From Nitrososphaerota archaeon (GTDB lineage Archaea; Thermoproteota; Nitrososphaeria_A; Caldarchaeales; Calditenuaceae): DNA of 24,000 nt. The notes under the pieces were generated by a model, which was not told the origin of the DNA, did not search any database, and was given only the letters and a program-made list of their open reading frames with translations. Location: the NCBI GenBank assembly GCA_041641295.1, contig JBEPYO010000001.1, positions 1,102,808 to 1,126,807 on the forward strand, in the 5' to 3' direction. A program made the position numbers and the translations under genes. The stretch's first letter is position 1. The number at the start of each line of letters is the position of its first letter. Positions 16,648 to 24,000 of this stretch are shown in pieces.

Positions 16648-17610
16648 TTATAACTGTATTTTACGCATAGCGTTTTCGGAGACGATATAATCGTCGGGTG
16701 TATTTCCGATGAATATTCTGAGCCTTCTCGTGACTAGGTCTATCTCTAGCCTTCCCCTCGCGGTGAAGCGTTCTCCAGCAAAAACCTGTTCTGCAAACCT
16801 CGACCGGTAGGACACCGCTTCTCCACACTTGTAGGCCTCTTCACCACCCTCAAGCACCTCTTCGACAGTGACCCGCAGCTTCATAGGCGTATAACAGCCG
16901 AGTGAGTCTTCCTCCACCACACCCCTCACCTTGACATATCCCAGCTCCCTCCACTTAGCCGTCCCCCATGGTTCCCAGAAATCCTCGGGCCGCTTCACAA
17001 TCTTGGCCGAATAGACCACTCCCCTGAAAAGACCGTACGTGGACTTCCTACCCTCGTGCACTAGCCAGACGTCGAGGCCAAGCTTAGAGTCTCTACGCTT
17101 TAAGGCCAGGTCTTGAGTGTGTTCCCGCGTCACGGCCCCTGTAACGCCACGGTCCCTGAGCTCTCTCAAGGCCTCTATGGCCCGAAGCCCCCTCGGCTCC
17201 ACCACGACTATGTCAATATCAGACCACCTCTTATGCGCCTTCAAGAGAATGGAGCCAGAGATTCCTATCGACTCGAGGGGAAGGCCACCTTCCTCCGAGA
17301 GGAGCCTCCCAAACTCCAAGGCCATGCTGGTCAACCGGTCAATTGGCTGAAGGTTTCTGAACCCCTCAAGCGAGGAGAGATACCTCTCCACACTCTCAAC
17401 AGGGATCTGGGGCAAAACCTGCCCCGAGTGGTCGTCGAAGATTAGCCAGCCCCGAACCCTGTCCTCTATGTAGGCATACACCTCCTCCAGAGTGGCCGCC
17501 CGTCCTAGACGGGGAAAAGCAACAACCTTTCCTGGAGGGTGTGAAACACCTTTAACAGCCATAAACCCCAGCTCGCCGACATAGATGTAGTCGCCTTCAA
17601 TCAAGCCCAA
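16648..17610 (-). CDS. Predicted nucleotidyltransferase (pol-beta-like fold), paralogue B
   Basis: GISGSILLKAHKRWSDIDIVVVEP; N-terminal GVSHPPGKVVAFPRLG and C-terminal KVRGVVEEDSLGCYTPMKLRV parallel the neighbouring gene. Confidence 0.75.
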   Translation of the reverse strand: MGLIEGDYIYVGELGFMAVKGVSHPPGKVVAFPRLGRAATLEEVYAYIEDRVRGWLIFDDHSGQVLPQIPVESVERYLSSLEGFRNLQPIDRLTSMALEFGRLLSEEGGLPLESIGISGSILLKAHKRWSDIDIVVVEPRGLRAIEALRELRDRGVTGAVTREHTQDLALKRRDSKLGLDVWLVHEGRKSTYGLFRGVVYSAKIVKRPEDFWEPWGTAKWRELGYVKVRGVVEEDSLGCYTPMKLRVTVEEVLEGGEEAYKCGEAVSYRSRFAEQVFAGERFTARGRLEIDLVTRRLRIFIGNTPDDYIVSENAMRKIQL

Positions 17611-17672
17611 ATCCCATGATAGTGATGGGTTTTAAAAGAGATAGTGTCGGAGCAATCACTCTATCCGCCCTC

Positions 17673-19283
17673 CTATCTTCTCAGCTCCCTCTCCACTGAC
17701 CTAAACATCCAGACCTGTGTCCAGATGGGTGTCCAAGGAAGCATGGTGAGCTGGTACTTGCTATCCAGGGCTCCCTCAACGACCTCGGGCCTGCCCTTCG
17801 ACAGATAACCCTTAGCAATTAGTGATGCATACCTCTCGGCATCTTCGGGGTCGAGATAGTGCCCCATATAGAGTATCAGTTCGGAGAGGTCCCAAGACTT
17901 GTTGCCCTTAAGAGAGGCCTGTTCTAAATCCACCAGCCACGTCTCGGATAAGGGCTGCGCAATCATGAAATTGTCGGGTTTACAGTCTCCAACCACTACA
18001 TCTCGCTCATGCACCTCAGCCAGCATTCTACCGACACCTATCGTTATCTCTTCTAGCCGTCTGTCTCCAATCCTTCCACGCTCACGAGTCCACGCCTCCG
18101 TCAAATTATATCCTCTGATTGCATTCTCAACTAGCACTTTATCACCCCAAGAGAGGTAAACAACACGTGGAACACGAAGCCCCTTCTCAGCCAAGTAGCT
18201 CAGGAAGAAGACCTCGTTACTCATCCTAGTCCCCGGTGAGAAGTAGAAGTTTCTCAGAGGCATGGCCCAAAGCTTGGCGGCGACCCATTTAATATCAGTC
18301 CAAGAGAAGTATCTCTTAACGAATAGAGCCTCTTTCGGGCTGCCGTCCACATATATTCGGAGGAGATAAGTCGAGTTTAGTATGGAGCCTTTCCTATCCA
18401 GCTTGACTTCGGCGTCCTCCAGTGAGAGGTGCTTTTTAATTGCCTCGATAAGCGGCTCGTCGCTTGAGATTGGTTGGAGGCCGTGGAAGGTCTTGATAAA
18501 GGCCCACTCCTCAGGCTCCATCTCAGCCAAGCTTGCAGGCGACTTTGGATAGGCCTCTGCGAGTAATAGCCTGAGCGCCCCGATCGCCACAGCAGGCTCC
18601 CTCACAACTCTTGTGACCTGGGGGTTGAATGGGAGCTTGAGTCTAGGCCTACTCCCGCCTAGGTGTCCCCGCATGACCTTTGAAGGGTTTAGGGCGTATA
18701 ATTCGCCGTCTTTCTGTAAGACCCCATCCTCCTCTCGGGATGACTCATCTAGGGCTGTCCTCAGCCGAGATATGACCGTGGATAGGTGTTTTTCGCGGAG
18801 GCCATTCTCGGCGTTTAGCCACCAGAAGAGCCGGGTCAGGCTCGGCATGAGCGCTAGTTTGGGTTTGATCCACCTCAACAGGAAGTAGAGGGGGTGTAGC
18901 CTCACGTGGATGGCGGCGAGCTCGTAGCTCTCGATGACTGTTTCTGTTACGCGCTTGATTACTCGCTTCAAGTAGTGGGACTGTAACTGGCTAATGACCT
19001 CTCCTCCTTGGACTACCTCGAAGGGTGTTAGGAGCCGTATCGCTAGGCTGTCGCCCAAGATGGAGGAGGAGACGTCTCTCTTCACAAACCCGAGTGGCGC
19101 TACTATCTCTCTGCGGCCGTCATCTACTGAGACTTCCAGTCCACGTCTCTCATCGCCGCTCATCGCCAACCGCTCAGCGATCACCGAGCCGTCGCTCTTG
19201 ACAGGATATTCAAGCACCGCGACTATTTTTTCTCCGGCAGAGCCTTCCCTTCTCCGCCGCGCCTCGCCATCCCGTTCCAGCAT
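17673..19283 (-). CDS. Atypical protein kinase, Bud32/RIO-like catalytic domain with a long N-terminal extension
   Basis: LFVKRYF, VLVENAIRGYNLTEAW, MLAEVHERDVVVGDCKPDNFMIAQPLSETWLVDLEQASLKGNKSWDLSELILYMG. This resembles Bud32/RIO-type HGD..N and D-x-E loops. The N-terminal ~270 aa is unassigned. Confidence 0.7.
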   Translation of the reverse strand: MLERDGEARRRREGSAGEKIVAVLEYPVKSDGSVIAERLAMSGDERRGLEVSVDDGRREIVAPLGFVKRDVSSSILGDSLAIRLLTPFEVVQGGEVISQLQSHYLKRVIKRVTETVIESYELAAIHVRLHPLYFLLRWIKPKLALMPSLTRLFWWLNAENGLREKHLSTVISRLRTALDESSREEDGVLQKDGELYALNPSKVMRGHLGGSRPRLKLPFNPQVTRVVREPAVAIGALRLLLAEAYPKSPASLAEMEPEEWAFIKTFHGLQPISSDEPLIEAIKKHLSLEDAEVKLDRKGSILNSTYLLRIYVDGSPKEALFVKRYFSWTDIKWVAAKLWAMPLRNFYFSPGTRMSNEVFFLSYLAEKGLRVPRVVYLSWGDKVLVENAIRGYNLTEAWTRERGRIGDRRLEEITIGVGRMLAEVHERDVVVGDCKPDNFMIAQPLSETWLVDLEQASLKGNKSWDLSELILYMGHYLDPEDAERYASLIAKGYLSKGRPEVVEGALDSKYQLTMLPWTPIWTQVWMFRSVERELRR

Positions 19284-19394
19284 CTTGCTATATCCATCAA
19301 TAGGGCTGCCGCATTACTAAATAAAGAGTCGCCGGCTCGTTAGCCTCTGTGGGGAGCGATTCTTTTTAATCTGGGCTGCTGGGATTTAGGGTGT

Positions 19395-20729
19395 ATGGTG
19401 GGGGCGCGGCGAGTGGCTTTAGAGGCTTTGAGAACGGCGAAGAGGCTGGGGGCTACTGACGCGGCGGTTGACTTGGCGGACGTGACCATCTACATGATAC
19501 GCTTCTCAAATAATGAGATAACGGTCTCGAAGGTGTTTGACGAGTATGAGGTCTCGGTTTATCTGGCTATAGGTGAGAGGCGGGGGGTGGCCTCAACCTC
19601 TGTCCGCAGCCTCTCTGAGATAAAGAGGTTGATTGCGGGTTTGGCGGAGACTACTCGGCTGGCGGGGCCGAGTGATGTCTATGCGCCGCTTCCAAGGGGG
19701 CCGTTCAAGTATGATAGGGGGCTTCTCTCGCGGGGGAGGAGGGCTCCTCCACCGGAAGACGTTGTTGGGTGGGTTGAGGAGGCTGTTTCGGGGGCTAGGA
19801 ATAGTGGTGCTGTTCGGGTTGCAGGGTCCCTCATAGTGAGTGAGGTTCGTAGGACTCTCTACACCTCTGGTGGGGTTAGGGTAGAGTCTAGCAGTGAGAG
19901 GATTGAGCTGTCGGTTAGGGCTTTTCTAAATGGGGCGTCGAGTGGGCAGTTCTCTACTGCCACGGCTAGTAGGGAGGAGTTTAACCCCTATAAGACTGGG
20001 GAGATGGCGGGTGAGGTTGCGCGTCTGGCGAAGAACCCGGTGAGCGGTGAGCCGGGCGTGTATGACGCTATACTAGGCCCCATGACCTTCGCCAACATTT
20101 TAGAGGAGGTGGGGAGGGCGGCTTCAGCCTACAGCGTTCTCACGGGGCTCTCATTCCTAGAGGGCAAGATTGGTGAGTTGGTTGCGTCTAAAATCCTCAC
20201 GCTCATAGACGACCCTACACTACCCACCGCGTATGGCTCAGAGGCCTTTGATGATGAGGGGCTTCCGACCAAGCGTAAGGCGATAATAGAGTCTGGGGAG
20301 CTTAAGACCTATCTACACAATAGTGCGACGGCGAAGAAGTTTGAGACTGAGAGCACGGCTAATGCTGGATGGATATCCCCCGAGCCTTTCAACCTAGTCG
20401 TGGAGGGTGGAAGCGCCACGCTTAACCAGCTGTTATCAAAGGTTGATAGGGGGATCTTCGTTACCAATGACTGGTACCTTAGGTATAGGAACTTCAGGAC
20501 TGGAGACTTCTCGACTATTCCGCGCGACGGTCTCTTCCTAGTTAAGAATGGGAGTATTGAGGCTGCGTTGAAGGATCTGAGGCTGAGTGATAATATTTTG
20601 AGGATTATGAGGAATTTGGAGGAGATGACGGCGGATAAATACTGGATAAAGTGGTGGGAGGTGGAGGTCCCGGTGAGGGCGCCTTATGCTCTTGTGAGGA
20701 ATGTGAACTTCACGAAGTCCACTATTTAG
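19395..20729 (+). CDS. pmbA: TldE/PmbA family (TldD/PmbA superfamily) protein
   Basis: GATDAAVDLADVTIYMIRFSNNEITVSK, PVSGEPGVYDAILGPMTFANIL, FDDEGLPTKRKAIIESGELKTYLHNSATAKKF, NLVVEGG. The HExxxH motif of TldD is lacking. Confidence 0.85.
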   Translation: MVGARRVALEALRTAKRLGATDAAVDLADVTIYMIRFSNNEITVSKVFDEYEVSVYLAIGERRGVASTSVRSLSEIKRLIAGLAETTRLAGPSDVYAPLPRGPFKYDRGLLSRGRRAPPPEDVVGWVEEAVSGARNSGAVRVAGSLIVSEVRRTLYTSGGVRVESSSERIELSVRAFLNGASSGQFSTATASREEFNPYKTGEMAGEVARLAKNPVSGEPGVYDAILGPMTFANILEEVGRAASAYSVLTGLSFLEGKIGELVASKILTLIDDPTLPTAYGSEAFDDEGLPTKRKAIIESGELKTYLHNSATAKKFETESTANAGWISPEPFNLVVEGGSATLNQLLSKVDRGIFVTNDWYLRYRNFRTGDFSTIPRDGLFLVKNGSIEAALKDLRLSDNILRIMRNLEEMTADKYWIKWWEVEVPVRAPYALVRNVNFTKSTI

Positions 20730-20753
20730 CTGGGGTGCTTTTTCTCAGTTGGT

Positions 20754-21245
20754 TTAGAATTTGTAGCCTATTTTTCGGAGGAACTCTCTCCGCTCGCGTA
20801 TGTTTTGCTCGTTCTCGATTCCTTTGGGCTTGTAGCCGTCAACGACGCCTATTATTCCGCGGCCTTGGTCGGTCTCCGCTACTATTACTTGGAGTGGGTT
20901 TGCGGTTGCGCATAAGATGGTGCATACTTCGGGGACTTCTTTGAGTCTTCCAAGTATGTTGATTGGGTAGAGGTTGCGTGTGAATATTAGGAATGTGTGG
21001 CCGCATCCTATTTTGAGGAGGGTTTCGGCTGCGAGTTTTCTTAGTTCTTCGTCGGTTCCTTCGTGTCTGATGAGGCATGGGCCGCTGGCTTCGCTGAAGG
21101 CGAGGCCGAATTTTGCGCCGGGGACTGTGTTGACTATTGCTTCGTAGATGTCTTCGACGCTTTTTATGAAGTGGGTGATTCCGAGTATTGCGTTGCACCC
21201 CTCGGGAGTCTCGACTTTTATGACCTCGAGTTTGACGGTGCTCAC
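20754..21245 (-). CDS. Adenosine-specific kinase family protein (COG1839-like); GTG start
   Basis: [58 protein letters not shown]...[56 protein letters not shown]. Confidence 0.9.
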   Translation of the reverse strand: MSTVKLEVIKVETPEGCNAILGITHFIKSVEDIYEAIVNTVPGAKFGLAFSEASGPCLIRHEGTDEELRKLAAETLLKIGCGHTFLIFTRNLYPINILGRLKEVPEVCTILCATANPLQVIVAETDQGRGIIGVVDGYKPKGIENEQNIRERREFLRKIGYKF

Positions 21246-21310
21246 GGGGCTAGTAGTGTTGGGGGATTCTAAATAATCATTTGCGCCGGGGAGGGGCGGG
21301 GGTAGGGGTG

Positions 21311-21742
21311 TTAGCGGGATAGTAGGATGACTGCGCCTATGGCCATTGCTATTCCGAGGATTTTTGTCCAGGTGATTGATTCGCCTAGGAAGAGGAGGCT
21401 GAGGAAGGCGGCTAGTGCTAGGCCGAGTCTTGAGATGGGGATGATGGTGCTGCCTTCGCCTATTCGGAGGGCTGTCATGAGGGCTATTAGTGCTATGGAG
21501 ATGGTTACTCCTGAGATGAGGGCGTAGGGGATTAGTCTGGGGCCCATTTCTGGCATGTGGCCTTCGATTAGTAGGGCTGCTACTGGGAGGATTGCCAGCA
21601 GGGTGAGGGTTTCTAGGAGGAGGTATCCTGTTGGTGAGCCGCCCTCAATCATTCCTTTCCGTCTGATGAAGTCTGTTAGTCCTAGGCAGAGGAAGGCGAC
21701 GAGTGCTAGGGCTATGTCTAGTCTTGCTGCTTCTGCTGTCAT
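21311..21742 (-). CDS. Half-size EamA/DMT-type membrane transporter (single EamA unit, 143 aa)
   Basis: Hydrophobic segments with [49 protein letters not shown], the EamA C-terminal signature. Confidence 0.82.
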   Translation of the reverse strand: MTAEAARLDIALALVAFLCLGLTDFIRRKGMIEGGSPTGYLLLETLTLLAILPVAALLIEGHMPEMGPRLIPYALISGVTISIALIALMTALRIGEGSTIIPISRLGLALAAFLSLLFLGESITWTKILGIAMAIGAVILLSR

Positions 21743-21828
21743 GGGGTTTATTGTAGCTGTTCGGTGTCTTAAAGGCTTGTGCTGGGGGTGTCTTGGCCTT
21801 TGGGGTGTTTTGCTGGGTGGTTTGGGGG

Positions 21829-21836
21829 TTTATATA
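21829..21836 (+). promoter_or_regulatory. Putative TATA box for the large surface-protein gene
   Basis: gggggTTTATATAgtg, 80-120 nt upstream of the two candidate ATG codons (21916, 21955). Confidence 0.45.
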
Positions 21837-21954
21837 GTGTTGTTTTTCGGGGTTTTGGCGGGTTTCTGCGGGTTGTTCTAGGGTTTGGAGTTGTCCTAGA
21901 ATGGATGGGTCTTTATGGTTGGGTTTGGGTTGTTTGGGCTGCGTGATTGGGAAA

Positions 21955-24000
21955 TGCCCGATAATAGTGGGCATAGTAAGTTAGGTGCGTTGAATGCGGC
22001 GAAGGTTGCTCTGCTGGTAGCGATGCTGATAGTGCCTGCTGTGCTGGTTGCAGTGCCAGTGATTCAGGCACAGACAACATACTCGGCCTGGCTGAAGCTG
22101 GTGACGACAAGCTGGAACGGACAGCCCTGTATAGCTGGCGGTACTCCTGCATGTGTTGGTGCGACTACTGGTTTTGCCGACAGGTATAATCTGACGGCGA
22201 ATTGGTATTGGGTTGAGGTGTATCATGAGAAGAGGGGAGCGCCGTTTAACGATGTTGTCTTTGCTGGGAAGTTCTATCCGAACGGTACAGGCTTTGTGCT
22301 GATTAGCTGGCCTGTGGATTGGCCTAACGTTACTGTTGTTGTGAAGGCTAAGAGCTATGATGGGACAGAGATCGGTGCAGGGACACTCTACGATGGAATA
22401 ATCGTGTACATGCTAGTGATCAACCCGACAGATGTCTATCTGAATGCGAAAACAGGATCAGGCTGGGGTGGCTTCTATTCGAGAATCATTGACATGACAG
22501 GTACTATCACTTCCTACCCCTTCTATAGGCCGACTGCTGCTGGCCCGGTTAACTTTGTGAGGATCTGGCCAAAAAGCTTCGCAGGGAATCATAGCCACCC
22601 TACCGCTGCCGATGCTTGGGTCGCTAACTCTTCAGTCATCTTCAAGCCCTTCCACGTTCACACATGGTACAGCGTCCTTGACAACCTGAGCTACGCCCAG
22701 GTAAAGATCTATGATATTAACCACACGGCCGCCGATAGTAGCGCCTCACTGCTCAGGGCGTTCGTTACTAAGGGTGATGGTAGCGGAAATAGCTTATACG
22801 ACCCGAGGACTACTGGCGAGATGTTCCCGGTCTACGGGACTAGGTGGAGGGATAACGAGCTCGTACCAATACCACTCCAAGCAATAAACCTCAACGCCAA
22901 GAGACCCTACAGTCAGAATTTACCAAGAGGTGGTGTAACTACTTATGCCCACCTTAACGCCACTGTAAGAGTGTGGTGGGAATCAGTACTGGTAAACACG
23001 ACATTCTACGTAGGGCCAGACCTAGCACAACCCAACCAGCTGGTAACTGTCAACTCAGGGCCGCCTCCAGTGGTCTATCCAGGTAACGACTTCCAATCAG
23101 CACAATTACCAACTATGCAGTCCCTCAGCATATATTACAACCACACTACACCAGTAAATCCTGCGGCTAGGCTGTATGACTATCTTAACGCCACCGTCTT
23201 CTACTGGAGGTGCGGCGCACGGGACGACGACCTACTCGTAAACGGCACCGACACATCCATTGGATGGGTCGGTTCCGCCCTATTCGACGCCCAGTGCATC
23301 GTCAACCTCAGAGACAAGAACTCGAATGTCTATCACACGCTACATGAGAGGGGTTCAACAGGACAAAGATGGGAAGTATCATCCACGCAGCTCACAGACT
23401 ACTATGCCTTATCTGATGATCCGCACGATTGGTCCGGATATCTCTCAGCATTTAGAGGATATCTTAGGGCTCCAAACGCTACTATGTGGACAGGCCTTTA
23501 CACCAAGTTCGCTGGAGTTACGATTGATGGGACAAGCGCGGCGGGCCTCATCTATGTCTCCAAATACTACAGCGGTACAGCCGACCTCACCCAAGACCCA
23601 TCACTAGTAGCCGTCAACGACTACCTCAAGACTAGGAGTATTGCAGACGACCCAGGCCCCTACAGGGGCATAAGACTCGAAGTCCAGTACGCAGGAGGCT
23701 ACAAGAACCTTTACGGAGGCCTCAAACAAACAGTAGGAGTCTACACACTACAAAACATATACCTAATTGCACTAAAGGATACTACACCTGCACCCGGTTG
23801 GGTAGACCCATTCGCCACAGCCATATCAGGCAACTACCCAGAAATACTCACGCCCTCTCCACTACGACAGATTAGGCTGGGTACCTCCGAGAACGGTGGG
23901 CCAATAGCCGGAATAGTCGATAGCAATACAGTAGAAAATGTTCCTAACCCCCCCGGTTCAGATAGGACCTTCGAGCGGGATGGTAAGCTGCTTGTCGTTG
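21955..24000 (+). CDS. Large secreted surface protein, S-layer-like, 5' part only; continues past the window end; alternative in-frame ATG at 21916; missing from the ORF track
   Basis: Open frame translates MPDNSGHSKLGALNAAKVALLVAMLIVPAVLVAVPVIQAQTTYSAWLKLVTTSWNG..., with a signal-peptide-like N-terminus, many N-x-S/T sequons (YNLTA, PNGTG, PNVTV, NHT, NAT, NTT, NGT), and no stop found to 24000. Confidence 0.85.

Noticed and set aside
21645-22226. Pro/Thr/Gln-rich minus-strand ORFs (21645-21974, 21913-22152, 21981-22226)
   Set aside because: Low-complexity antisense translations of the G/T-skewed leader and the 5' end of the surface-protein gene, with no protein-family character.
1-24000. 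CRISPR arrays, Cas genes or intact insertion sequences
   Set aside because: No regularly spaced direct repeats and no intact transposase or Cas motifs were found. The only notable direct repeat is the single 20-nt pair at 6311/7631.

Overview
This 24 kb window appears to come from a thermophilic archaeon. The supergroup is inferred from gene content and order, possibly Thaumarchaeota/Aigarchaeota-like. The left third holds the C-terminus of an aminotransferase and a MalK/UgpC-like ABC ATPase. It is followed by a conserved archaeal information-processing cluster on the minus strand (SRP54, Pus10, L21e, Rpb4/RpoF, DUF655, KsgA). The segment from about 6.2 to 9.6 kb is an accessory patch. It contains a membrane-anchored thermonuclease, a frameshifted and truncated tyrosine recombinase, a 19/20-nt direct repeat bounding both, a possible C/D-box sRNA, an MFS transporter, and a hairpin-dense GC-rich stretch that leads into a two-HTH LAGLIDADG endonuclease ORF. 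That ORF ends 3 nt from an intron-containing tRNA-Ile(GAT). The right half holds methylmalonyl-CoA mutase genes (meaB/argK, large subunit, convergent B12-binding subunit), a TerC-family protein, two paralogous nucleotidyltransferases beside an atypical Bud32/RIO-like kinase, a TldE/PmbA homologue, an adenosine-specific-kinase-family protein, a half-size EamA protein, and the 5' part of a large secreted/S-layer-like gene that is absent from the ORF track. The best leads are the repeat-bounded decayed integrative remnant, the hairpin-dense region at the LAGLIDADG ORF, and the kinase plus double-nucleotidyltransferase cluster.
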